Source: Octopus vulgaris
Taxonomy: Eukaryota
Length of the DNA stretch: 64,000 bases
Direction: 5' to 3'
NCBI GenBank assembly: GCA_951406725.2
Contig: CATOCA020000004.1
Span: forward strand, 248,001-312,000
Part shown: positions 24,728 through 41,356 of the stretch, in pieces
Numbering within the stretch: the stretch's first letter is position 1
Layout of the letters: each line of letters starts with the position of its first letter
Notes under the pieces: model-generated
Seen by the model: only the letters and a program-made list of their open reading frames with translations
What the model was told of the DNA's origin: nothing
Database searches by the model: none
Made by a program: the position numbers and the translations under genes

Positions 24728-25310
24728 CTTCTTTCAGTTTCCGTCTACCAAATCGACCCCAGGACTTATTCATTGTAAGCCTACTGTTTATTCTGTCGGT
24801 CTCGTTTACCGAACCGCTGGCTACGGAGACGTAAACACACCACCATCGGTTGTTAAGCGATGTTGGTGGGGACAAACATAGACACACACGTACATATAAT
24901 ATACGACGGGCTTCTTTCAGTTTCCGTCTACAAAATCCACTCATTTGGCTGCGGCCATGCTGGTGTACAGCCTTGAAGAGTTTTAGTCGAACAAATCGAC
25001 TCCAGCACTTATTCGTTGTAAGCCTAGTACTTACTATATCGATCAATTTTGCTAAACCACTAAGCCATGAGGACGTAAACACACCAACATCGACTGTCAA
25101 GTGGTGGTGGTGGTGGTGGGGGGGCAAACAGACACAAAGACACACACCAAGATATATATATATATATAGATATATACAACAAGCTTCTGTCAGTTTCCAT
25201 CGACCAAATCCCATACAAAACCTTGGTCTTCCCGGGGTTATATTAGAATATATTTGCTCAGGGTGCCATGCAGTGGGACTGAACCTAGAACCATGGGGTT
25301 GGGAAGCACA
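24728..25310 (-). mobile_element. Rearranged and diverged SINE-A pieces
   Basis: Inverted head and tail fragments joined directly to the array. Confidence 0.75.
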
Positions 25311-25332
25311 GCATGAACATATGTTTAAATAT

Positions 25333-25912
25333 GCTTTTCTACTCTAGGCACAAGGCCCGAAATTTGGTGGGGAGTGGGCCAGTCAATTAGATCGACTCCA
25401 GTGTGTAACTGGTACTTAATTTATCGACCCCGAAAGGATGAAAGGCAAAGTCGACCTCGGCAGAATTTGAACTCAGAACGTAGCGGCAGACCAAATACCT
25501 ATTTCTTTACTACCCACAAGGGGCTACACACAGAGGACAAACAAGGACAGATAAACGGATTTAGTTGATTATATCGACCCCAGTGCGTAATTGGTACTTA
25601 ATTTATCGACCCCGAAAGGATGAAAGGCAAAGTGGACCTCGGCGGAATTTGAACTCAGAACGTAGCGGCAGACGAAATACCTATTTCTTTTCTACCCACA
25701 AGGGGCTAAACACAGAGTGGACAAACAAGGACAGACAGACAGATTAAGTCGATTATATTGACCCAGTGCGTAGCTGGTACTTATTTAATTGACCCCGAAA
25801 GGATGAAAGGTAAAGTCGACCTCGGCGGAATTTGAACTCAGAACTAGCGGCGGAGGAAATACCGCTAAGCATTTCGCCCGGCGTGCTAACGTTTCTGCCA
25901 ACTCGCCTCCTT
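25333..25912 (-). mobile_element. Triple SINE-B composite: one head, two bodies with tail 1, one body with tail 2
   Basis: AAATACC|TATTTCTTT junctions at 25499/25500 and 25681/25682. Confidence 0.88.
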
Positions 25913-25924
25913 TAAATATTCGTT

Positions 25925-26045
25925 ACTACTCTAGGCACGAGGTCCGAAATTTTGGGGAGAGGAGGCCAGTCGATTAGATCGACTCCAGTACGCAACTGGT
26001 ACTTAATTTATCGACCCCGACTTAATTTATCGGCGGAATTTGAGT
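25925..26045 (-). mobile_element. SINE-B tail 2 fragment with internal deletion
   Basis: Matches 25333-25430. Confidence 0.7.
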
Positions 26046-26523
26046 GTTTAAATATTGGTTTATATCTCTTAAATTGATTGACTTTACTGAGATGTTATCG
26101 GTTTCGATGTCTAAGTCCACCTTATCAAATATCAAATGTTCAAAGTGAAGGATTAGGGAAAGGGAAAATAAGTTTGTTTTAATAGTTGATGCATAGTTAA
26201 GAACACGTGTGGGACTTTGCTTTAGCGTCTTCGTAGGGGTCTGGAACGGAGATAAAGGGGTCAGGTGTCAGGAATTGTATTGAATCGAAAACAATGCTTC
26301 TAAATTGAATAGTTAGGTTTCTATTCAGGATATGGTCAGCTGCGTGAGTGTGTGTGAGTTCACGCACGAGTACGTGTGTGCGTGTGCTTTGTAATGTTGG
26401 AATATGTTGTTTTGGCGAAGGAATTATTCTTGTGTCAAAACATTTTCCATTTCCTTTTTTATTCGAGAAACTGGTCACCTGCATTTATATATATATATAT
26501 ATATTTATATAATATATATATAT

Positions 26524-26560
<37 letters not shown>

Positions 26561-26739
26561 TGTGTTAAATGGGTTTCTGGTGAGTCCAGAATTCTATTGA
26601 ATTAAATGACAAATTCATTTTCTATTGAGAATATGGTTTATATAGATGTATGTATATATATATGTATGTATATGTATATATATACATGTATGTATATGTA
26701 TATATGTGTATATGTATGTATGTATATATGTGTATGTAT

Positions 26740-26771
<32 letters not shown>

Positions 26772-26931
26772 GTATGTATATATATGTATATATGTATATG
26801 TATGTATATATATATATGTATATATATGTATATATGTATATGTATGTATATATATATGTATGTATATATATATGTATGTATATATATCTGTGGTTTATAT
26901 ATATGTATGTATATATATATATATATGTATG

Positions 26932-26989
<58 letters not shown>

Positions 26990-26996
26990 GCCATGT

Positions 26997-27282
26997 GAAG
27001 GCGCATGGCTCAGTGGTTAGAGCGTCGAGCTTACGATCGTGAGGTTGTGAGCTCGAATCCCAGACCGGGCTGGGTGTTGTGTTTTCTTGAGCAAGGCACT
27101 TTATTTCACGTTGCTCCAGTTCACTCAGCTGTAGAAATGAGTTGCAACGTCACTGGTGCCAAGCTGTATCGACCTTTGTCTTTCCCTTGGATAACACTGG
27201 TGGCGTGGAGAGAGGAGGCTGGTATGCATGGGCTACTGCTGGTCTTCCATAAACAACCGTGCCCGGACTTGTGTCTAGGAGG
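26997..27282 (+). mobile_element. CORE-type tRNA SINE
   Basis: A box TGGCTCAGTGG, B box GCTCGAATCC, CORE-like GTGTTGTG..CTTGAGCAAGGCACTTTATTTCACGTTGCTCCAGTTCACTCAGCTGTAGAAATGAG. Confidence 0.8.
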
Positions 27283-27598
27283 GCAAGTGTCTTCTACTAT
27301 AGCCTCGGGCCGACCAATGCCTTGTGAGTGGATTTGGTAGACGGAAACTGAAAGAAGCCCGCCGTATATATGTATATACATATATATGTGTGTTTGTGTG
27401 TCTGTGTTTGTCCCCCTAGCATTGCTTGACAACCGATGCTGGTGTGTTTACGTCCCCGTTACTTAGCGGTTCGACAAAAGAGACCGATAGAATAAGTATT
27501 GGGCTTACAAAGAATAAGTCCCGAGTTGCTCGATTAAAGGCGGTGCTCCAGCATGGCCGCAGTCAAATGACTGAAACAAGTAAAAGCGTGTAAAAGAG
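27283..27598 (+). mobile_element. 5'-truncated SINE-A fused to the CORE-type SINE
   Basis: Starts at gcaagtgtcttctac. Confidence 0.85.
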
Positions 27599-27599
27599 A

Positions 27600-27790
27600 T
27601 ATCACCATGATAGATCGTTAGCCACTACACACATTTTTTTCTCTCCTTGTTTTTTCTGTGTCACTTTCTGTAGAAGAGCGTATGCTCGAAACGTTAAAGA
27701 CTTTTTCTCTTCCTGAACGTTATACTAATACATGTTTGTTTTGTACACCACCTGTCTTCGTCTTTTGTTTTTCTCGTGAACTCTCCCTAT
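27600..27790 (+). mobile_element. Element E relative with HHR motif at 27664-27699
   Basis: CTTT-CTGTAGA-A-GAGC-GTAT-GCTC-GAAA-CG-TT-AAAG; ends in (TA)n. Confidence 0.7.
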
Positions 27791-27919
27791 ATATATATAT
27801 ATTTATATATATTATTGTATTTCGGGATGGTCATTTTCTCTTTTTTTTTTTTTTTTTGCCAAATAAACACACATACTATATATTTGTTCTTCATTTGTAT
27901 ATCACTATACTATTTTTAC

Positions 27920-28120
27920 TATTTTACTTGTTTCAGTGATTTGACTGCGGCCATGCTGGAGCACTGCCTTTAGTCGAGCAAATCGACCCCGGGACTTATT
28001 CTTTGTAAGCCCAGTACTTATTCTATCGGTCTCTCTTTGCCGAACCGCTAGATGACGGGAACGTAAACACACCAGCATTGGTTGTCAAGCAATGCTAGGG
28101 TGACAAACACAGACACACAA

Positions 28121-28151
<31 letters not shown>

Positions 28152-28313
28152 CATATATACGACAGGCTTCTTTCAGTTTCCGTCTACCAAATCCACTCAC
28201 AAGGCATTGGTCGGCCCGGGGCTATAGCAGAAGACACTTGCCCAAGATACCACGCAGTGGGACTGAACCCAGAACCATGTGGTTGGTTAGCAAGCTACTT
28301 ACCACACAGCCAC
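27920..28313 (-). mobile_element. SINE family A
   Basis: Consensus match. Confidence 0.9.
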
Positions 28314-28597
28314 TTTAAATTATTTTAACTCCTGTCCATTGTCTGGAAATCTATCGCCACACTTTACGTTTTCGTGTGTGCTCTTGTTCCGCTTACTCCA
28401 TTCTCAATGGCTATAGTAGAAGACACTTGCTTAAGAACGTAGAGACAGACGAAATACCGCCAAGCATTTTGCCCGGCACGCTAACGATTCTGCCAGCTTG
28501 ATGCCTTTTCTATTTCTAGCCTCCCGATGCTGCGGTTACAGTGCGTGAGATACATATATAAATATGTATGTATGTATACGTGTATGTATGTATGAGA

Positions 28598-28649
<52 letters not shown>

Positions 28650-28834
28650 AGGTATGTATGAAAATGTATATATATGTATATGCGTGTATATGAATATATA
28701 TGTGTATATGAATATATGTGTGTATGTATTTGCGTATAAATATATGTAGATATATATGAGTATGTATATATGTGTGCGTGTGTGTGTATGTATTTGTGTA
28801 TAAATATGTGTATGTATATGTGTATGTATATATA

Positions 28835-28840
28835 AATACA

Positions 28841-28872
<32 letters not shown>

Positions 28873-28972
28873 CAAGTTTATATATATACAAGTTTATATA
28901 TATACAAGTTTATATATATACAAGTTTATATATATACAAGTTTATATATATACAAGTTTATATATGTATACA

Positions 28973-28985
<13 letters not shown>
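28835..28985. repeat. ~18-bp repeat (tacaagtttatatatata), about 8 copies
   Basis: Direct reading. Confidence 0.75.
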
Positions 28986-29008
<23 letters not shown>

Positions 29009-29206
29009 CATGTGTATGTGTATAAATATATGTATGCGTATGTATAAACTCATAGATATATGTATGTACATATATTTATGTGTGTATATATAATTATGGC
29101 TAACCCTTAGGGGTTGATGCTACTGTAGCTTGTAGCCCCAAGAAGACATCTCCTTCAGCTGGCTATTGACACTCTATTTGTGCCTATCAGTATTTACACA
29201 GTTAAG

Positions 29207-29272
<66 letters not shown>

Positions 29273-29309
29273 ATTTAGGAATGGTCATTTTGCCAGTTTA
29301 GCCAATAAT

Positions 29310-32731
<3,422 letters not shown>

Positions 32732-32949
32732 TTGCGTATATATGTAGGTATATGCACACATACTCAAGAGAGAGCGTGAGTGTGTGTGTGTGGGAAGAGC
32801 AGTCCGACGGTTTTACGTGTGAGGTTATTAAAACCACTCGCGACTTTTTAAGCCGTGACACCTCTTAGCGATCAGTGAAGCCTGACTTATCCACCCGGAT
32901 TAAAAGACTCCTGACTAGGAAACGCCACTCGTTATTATTACTGTTGCTT

Positions 32950-33405
32950 AAGACGATGAGCTGACAGAAGCCTTAGAACGCTGGGCCCAAAAGTTTAGCG
33001 GTTTTCGTCCGTCCTTGCGCGCTGGGTTCAATTTCCGCCGGGGTCGTCTTTGCCTTTCATCCTTTCAGTGTCGATTAAATAAATACCTATTTCTTTATTA
33101 CCCAAAAGGGGCTAAACATAGAGGGGACAAACACGGACAGACATAGGTATTAAGCCGATTACATCGACCCCAGTGCGTAACTAGTACTTAATTTATCGAC
33201 CCCGAAAGGATGAAAGGCAAAGTCGACCTCGGCGGAATTTGAACTCACAACGTAACGCAGACAAAATACCGCTAAGCATTTCGCCCGGCGTGCTAACGTT
33301 TCTGCCAACTCTCCACATTATATGAATACCAGCTATACACTAGGGTCAATGTAATTAATTTAGCCCCTCTCCCCAAATTTCAGACCTTTTTCCCTCTAGT
33401 AGATA
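32950..33405. mobile_element. Older plus-strand SINE-B (tail 2) interrupted by a minus-strand SINE-B (tail 1) at about 33088-33316
   Basis: 14-bp degenerate TSD attaaataaatacc (33074-33087) / attatatgaatacc (33317-33330). Confidence 0.8.
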
Positions 33406-33467
33406 TTATTATTATTATTATTGCTCTTGTAGTTGTTGTTAGCGACGATCTAACAGAATCGTTAATA

Positions 33468-33632
33468 TAGGCGCAGGAGTGGCTGTGTGGTAAGTAGCTT
33501 GTTTACCAACCACATGGTTCCGGGTTCAGTCCCACTGTGTGGTACCTTGGGCAAGTGTCTTCTACTATAGCCTCGGCCTGACCAAAGCCTTGTGAGTGGA
33601 TTTGGTAGACGGAAACTGAAAGAAGCCCGTCG

Positions 33633-33683
<51 letters not shown>

Positions 33684-33872
33684 GCGTGTATGTTTGTGTG
33701 TCTGTGTTTGTCCCCCTAGCATTGCTTGACAACCGATGCTGGTGTGTTTACGTCCCCGTTACTTAGCGGTTCTTACAAAAGAATAAGTCCCGGGGTCGAG
33801 TTGCTCGATTAAATGCGGTGCTCCAGCATGGCCGCAGTCAAATCACTGAAACAAGTACAAGAGCAAAAGAGT
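33468..33872 (+). mobile_element. SINE family A (small internal deletion in tail)
   Basis: Consensus match. Confidence 0.88.
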
Positions 33873-34164
33873 AGAGGATGCCAGAAAAGTTTGTTCTGCC
33901 GAGGTCGACTTAGCCATTCGTCCTTTGAGATCGTGTGTGTGTGTTTGTGTGTGTGTATAGATGAGGGTGTACCCAAAAATTTTGCAGTATTCTTTTGTTC
34001 ACTTAGTTTTACATGTTAACACTTTTATCGCCTTCAAACTATTCCCCATTTAAAACAATGCATCGGTCCAGAAACGCTTTTCACTGTTCCAAGCAATCCT
34101 GGAACTTTTGCGAAGCGATGCCTTTTGGCGACTCCGTCATTTTCACCTTTTCCATATCTGCTCT

Positions 34165-34383
34165 TTACTCCCTTTTACTCTTGTACTTGTTTCAGTGATT
34201 TGACTGCGGCCATGCTGGAGCACCGCCTTTAGTCGAGCAACTCGACCCCGGGACTTATTCTTTTGTAAGCCCAGTACTTATTCTATTGGTCTCTTTTGCT
34301 GAACCGCTAGGTGATGGGGACATAAACACACCAGCATCGGTTGTCAAGCAATGCTAGGGGGACAAATACAGACACACAAACAT

Positions 34384-34448
<65 letters not shown>

Positions 34449-34610
34449 TACGATGGACTTCTTTCAGTTTCCGTCTACCAAATCCACTCACAAGGCTTTG
34501 GTCGTTCCGAGGCTATAGTAGAAGACACTTGCCCAAGGTGCCACACAGTGGGACTGAACCCGGAACCATGTGGTTGGTAGCAAGCTACTTACCACACAGC
34601 TACTCCTGCG

Positions 34611-34673
<63 letters not shown>

Positions 34674-34830
34674 GACAGGCTTCTTTCAGTTTCCGTCTAC
34701 CAAATCCACTCACAAGGCATTGGTCGGCCCGGGGCTATAGCAGAAGACACTCGCCCAAGGTGCCATGCAGTGGAACTGAACCCGGAACCATGTGGTTGGT
34801 AAGCAAGCTACTTATCACACAGCCACTCCT
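34165..34830 (-). mobile_element. SINE-A with duplicated head, inserted in the mariner
   Basis: Tail plus head (34165-34612), then (TA)n, then a second head (34672-34830). Confidence 0.88.
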
Positions 34831-35104
34831 GCTAAGCATTTTCTTTTAAAGACTTTGTTTCATACCGGGGAACTAAGAAAGGTTGCAGGGAGCAAAATCA
34901 GGTGAACCGGAAGACTGGCTAAACGGAATCCTGCCCTTTTCGATCAAAATCTGCCCCACCCTCAAGCCTGGTGTGCGCAGGTGCATTGTCATGATGAAAC
35001 CATTTCTCAACTTTCGCCACTGGTCGGGGCGTGTTCGCCTCACCGTGTCTCGCAAACGCTTCAGAACTGACCAGGGGCACCAAATACTGTGTATATACAT
35101 ACAA

Positions 35105-35137
<33 letters not shown>

Positions 35138-35158
35138 CACACACATACACACATATAA

Positions 35159-35189
<31 letters not shown>

Positions 35190-35358
35190 TATAAAAATAT
35201 ATATATATATATATAGGGAGAGACAGAGAGAGAGAGAGAAAGAAAGTGAAGGCGGTGCCCCAGCATGACCACAGTCAAATGACTGGAAAGTATGCGAGTG
35301 TATGTATATACGTGTGTATAAATAACACACACACGCACACACACACACACACACACAT

Positions 35359-35413
<55 letters not shown>

Positions 35414-35512
35414 TACATTCCTTTCCCATCGATGGAACAAATCAACATCCTCTTGACATTGGACTTCATTTGACGCATCATTTTAAGTACGTTGTGACAT
35501 TGAATTTGTTGC

Positions 35513-35810
35513 TTCTTCCTTCTCGAGCCCTGCCTGGCTCATAAGGGCCGGTTTCCCGGTTTCCTTGGCGTATAGGTTCCCCACCTGGATGGGACGCCGG
35601 TCCGTCGCAGGTGAGCTGCAAGATGCAGGAGGAAAGAGTGAGAGAAAATTGTGGCGAACGAATCAGCAGAAGTTCATTACCTTCTGTCGGCACCGCGTGG
35701 AGCTTAGGTGTTTTCACTCATAAACACACACATCGCCCGGTCTGAGATTCGAACCCGCGATCCCTCGACCGCGAGTCCGCTGCTCTAACCACTAGGCCAT
35801 GTGCCTCCAC
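35513..35810 (-). mobile_element. SINE family C with tail C3, inserted in the mariner
   Basis: C head plus tail acctgcgacggaccggcgtcccatccagg...ggaaaccgggaaaccggcccttatgagcc; degenerate TSD attcaaagtcgcc/attcaatgtcaca on the minus strand. Confidence 0.85.
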
Positions 35811-36424
35811 GGCGACTTTGAATGCTTTCATTGACTCGATTGCTGTTTTATTTCCGGGTCGTAGCCGTAGCACCAGCTTCCGTCACCAGTAATGACCTTC
35901 GAAAAAAGGGTCCGGATCAACTTCCAACTGTTCTTTCAATTCACGGCTGCTTTTGATCTTCCATGAGCAAATGAGGCACCAATTTTGCCGCAGCCCTTTT
36001 CATTCGCAATTCCTCGATCAGAATTCGTTCGCAGGAGCTCCAAGACACACCAGTTGTGTTAACAAAGTCCTCAATTGTTCGGCGACGGTCCTCCAAGTTC
36101 AGTTCATGAATTTTCGTGATTTTTTCATTCGTTCGGGAGGTTGACAATCGCCCTGAACGACGCTGGTCTTCAAGCGACAAGTAACTATTCCTAAAGTGTG
36201 AAAAAAAGGCGTGTGTTCTTCATGGCGGCGTCCTTGTAAGCTTTTTGAAGCATGACGACCGTTTCGGTCGTCGTTTTCCCTAGCAGAAAGCGGAATTTCA
36301 CGGAAGCACACCATTCTTTGATTCAGCTATCGCAAAAATCGACGAACAGAGAGGCACTGCAAAACGAATACGCACCACGTGGCAGTACGACTGATGCCTG
36401 AGGACCACATCAAGTGGCTTTAAG

Positions 36425-36736
36425 TGGCGAGAGCTGACTCTTTCGCCACAACTTTCTCTCACTCTTTCCTCCTGCATCTTGCAGCTCACCTGCGATGGAC
36501 TGGTATCCCGTCCAGGTGGAGAAACCTATACGCCAAAGAAGCCGGGAAACCGGGCCTTATGAGCCTGGCATGGCTCAAGTAGGAACATTGTGGGAAGCAC
36601 ATAGCCTGGTGGTTAGAGCAGCGGACACGCGGTCGAGGGATCGCGGGTTCGAATCTCAGACCGGGTGATGTGTGTGTTTATGAGCGAAACACCTAAGCTC
36701 CACATAGCTCCGGTAGATGGTAATGACGAGAGTTGA
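36425..36736 (+). mobile_element. Circularly permuted SINE-C3 (tail half precedes head half)
   Basis: 36433-36587 matches the 3' half and 36590-36726 the 5' half of the 35513-35810 copy; flanked by tggcgagagctga / tgacgagagttga. Confidence 0.8.
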
Positions 36737-36804
36737 ACTACAACGGACTTGTCCCACAAAGCGTCCTTTCAGTTACTTTTTGGGGACCCCCTCGTATATG
36801 CACG

Positions 36805-37190
36805 ATGGAAGCATTCCGTCGGTTACGACGATGAGGGTTCCGGTTGATCCGATCAACGGAACAGCCTGCTCGTGAAATTAACGTGTAAGTGGCTGAGCAC
36901 TCCACAGACACGTGCACCCTTAACGTAGTTCTTCGGGGATATTCAGCGTGACACAGAGAGTGACAAGGCCGGCCCTTTGAAATACAGGTACAACATAAAC
37001 AGGAAGTAAGAGTGAGAGAAAGTTGTGGTGAGAGAGTACAGCAGGGATCACCACCATCCCCTACCGGAGCCTCGTGGAGCTTTTAGGTGTTTTCGCTCAA
37101 TAAACACTCACAACGCCCGGTCTGGGAATCGAAACCGCGATCGTACGACCGCGAGTCCGCTGCCCTAACCACTGGGCCATTGCGCCTCCA
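36805..37190 (-). mobile_element. SINE family C with tail C1
   Basis: Matches 8597-8972. Confidence 0.88.
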
Positions 37191-37198
37191 CATATGCA

Positions 37199-37229
<31 letters not shown>

Positions 37230-37574
37230 ATAGACTCCACCGGTCCCCGTGCCCCTTGAGACCACCACTACATACCAATAGATCCACTGTGTGTAGGTGT
37301 AATGCTGGGCCATACTGATCTTCTCATTCAATCTGTTGGGGTTCCCCAAACCACCAACCCACAAAAAGCGTTCCAAATCACACCACGCCGATTTAAAACA
37401 TAAGGGAAAACATCGTGGAGAACTTTCACCCCGGCCACCCGGGGTACCCAACCGCAGCCAATGGGGCCCAGCAGACCACGGAGATCCATGAAAAGGAAAC
37501 CCCTCGCTTTTATGGGGGGTTGGTAAACGATGCATAGCCAACCGGAAAATTTGCCGGAGGTATTTGATGTTGCA

Positions 37575-39185
<1,611 letters not shown>

Positions 39186-39625
39186 GGAAAGCGTCGTGCG
39201 CGCACACACGAGAAGAGTAGAAAGAGGTCTTAATCCCTGGGTGGCTGAGAAAGATCTACCTGAGATCGATAAACCACAGTTCTGGGTTCAGTCTACCCGT
39301 ACGTTGGGTCAGTTGAATGGCGAAGGGGAAGAACAGCGCCACTTTGTATGTATGTATGTATAGATGATGGAGCACTTGCATCTTGGAATAAAAGAGAATG
39401 GAGATAAAAATAAGCGGAATGAGATTAAGAATAAAAGATTTCCCTTTTGTTATGGAACCCACACATTCACAATCAAACACATATTCATCCATACATATAT
39501 ATATATATATTTATATATATGTACTTTGTTGTGTGGGATGAAAGTAAAGGGTCTCACTCGGGTGGTGTCTGGTCGGTTGTGTCTTAATCCCTGGGTGGCT
39601 GAGAACGATTTCAGATGTCGATAAA

Positions 39626-40165
39626 CCACATGGTTCCGGGTTCAGTCCCACTGCGTGGCACCTTGGGCGAGTGTCTTCTGCTATAGCCCCGGGCCGACCA
39701 AAGCCTTGTGAGTGGATTTGGTAGACGGAAACTGAAAGAAGCCTGTCGTATATATGTATATATGTGTATATATATATGTCTGTGTTAAGTAGCTTGCTAA
39801 CCAACCACGTGGTTCCGGGTTCGGTCCCACTGCGTCGCACCTTGGGCAAGTATCTTCTACTATAGCCCCGGGTCGACCAAAGCCTTGTGAGTGGATTTGG
39901 TAGACGGAAACTGAAAGAAGCCCGTCGTATATATGTATATATGTATATATATATATATATGCGTGTGTGTGTTTGTGTGTCTGTGTTTGTTCCCCTAGCG
40001 TTGCTTGACAATCGATGCTGGTGTGTTTATGTCCCCGTTACCTAGCGGTTCGGCAAAAGAGACCGATAGAAAAAGTACTGGACTTACAAGTTGCTCGATT
40101 AAAGGCGGTGCTCCAGCATGGCCACATTAAAAATGACTGAAACAAGTAAAAGAGTAAAAAGAGAG
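39626..40165 (+). mobile_element. SINE-A with duplicated head
   Basis: Head fragment, (TA)n, head, tail. Confidence 0.85.
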
Positions 40166-40211
40166 TGTATATATATGTATATATATATATATATGTACAT
40201 ATTTATATATG

Positions 40212-40586
40212 TACTAGCAGTATCGCCCGGCGTTGCTCAGGTTTGTAAGGGAAATAACTATAAAGCATTTTTAGAGAGTTATAGCCAAAAAATGGAAAAA
40301 AATATGGTAAATTTTTTTTGAGTTAAAAAAGGATGGAGTTGCGTCCCCTAGACAGTTTGTGGTTCGTGTTTCTAATTCTCGACCCCATGTCGAATTTATC
40401 GATTTTTTTCAGAACTGGGGGAACTTTTCAAAATTTTGGCTGCGTTAGTTTTGAATTATGACATTGGGCTGTGTGTGTGTCAAGTTTCATCAGAATCGGT
40501 TGAAAGCCGTGGTCAGGGTGAGGGTACAAGCAAACAGACACACAGAAACACGCACAGACAAACTGCCGTTTATATATAGAGAGATA
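40212..40586. mobile_element. Non-autonomous Helitron/Helentron (DINE-1/Lep1-like) element
   Basis: TACTAG...CCCGGCGTTGCTCAGG terminal hairpin; core CAAGTTTCATCAGAATCGG...ACAGACA...TTTATATATAGAGAGAT. Confidence 0.7.
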
Positions 40587-40964
40587 TATGTACTTAGTTG
40601 TGTGGGATGAAAGTAAAGGGTCTCACTCGGGTGGTGTCTGGTCGGTTGTGTCTTAATCTCTGGGTGGCTGAGAGCGATTTCTGATGTCGATAAAAGGACG
40701 TTCAATCTAACGTTGATTTATTTTGGCTCGCAGTGGTTTATTAGCTGTAATAACAGTATAGGTAGTAGTAGTAGTAGTACTGGTTATGCTTCCAGGTGAT
40801 GGTAATGCTGTGGTATGGTGGTAGTTCCACTGACCAGCGTCTTGCGCACGTGTCTTCGATCTGGTTGCATTCAGAGAAGTCCATCTTTGACCATCGGGCC
40901 GACCAAAGCGTTGTCAGTGGATTTTGTAGACGGAAACTGAAAGAAGCCCATCGTATCAGTTTTC

Positions 40965-41330
40965 TCTCTTTTACTTGTTTCAGTCATTTGACTGCGGCCA
41001 TGCTGGAGCACAGCCTTTTAGTCGAGCAAATCGACCCCAGGACTTATTCTTTTGTAAGACCAGTACTTATTCTATCGGTCTCTTTTGCCGAACCGCTAAG
41101 TGACGGCGACGTAAACACACCAGCATCGGTTGTCAAGCAATGCTAGGGGGACAAACACATACACATATATATACATATACATATATACGACAGGCTTCTT
41201 TCAGTTTCCGTCTACCAAATCCACTCACAAGGCATTCGTCGGCTCGGGGCTATAGCAGAAGACACTTGCCCAACCATGTGGAACCATGTGGTTGGTTAGC
41301 AAGCTACTTACCACACAGCCACTCCTGCCC
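40965..41330 (-). mobile_element. SINE family A
   Basis: Consensus match with a small deletion in the head. Confidence 0.85.
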
Positions 41331-41356
41331 CTATATATATATATATATATATATAT

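Larger units (their letters stand above)
34020..36310 (-). pseudogene. Mariner transposase pseudogene (segments at about 34020-34150, 34835-35088, 35418-35500 and 35811-36310)
   Basis: Mariner motifs in collinear order with stops and frameshifts. Confidence 0.88.
33960..36796 (-). mobile_element. Decayed mariner DNA transposon (irritans-like) with both TIRs and nested insertions
   Basis: TIRs tgagggtgtacccaaaaa (33962) and tttttggggaccccctcg-TA (to 36796). Transposase pieces: VKFRFLLGKT..., AAKLVPHLL, ITGDGSWCYGYDPEIKQQSSQ, KSNVKRML, HHDNAPAH, SPDFAPC, FQDCLEQ*...RCIVLNGE*FEGDK. Confidence 0.9.

Noticed and set aside
26997-27075. Possible tRNA genes (also at 8597 and 36590)
   Set aside because: A and B boxes are present, but there is no acceptor stem or terminator and each continues into a SINE body.
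40478-40500. CTGATGAAAC on the minus strand as a hammerhead core
   Set aside because: There is no stem II between CTGATGA and GAAA; it is part of the DINE-1-like core.
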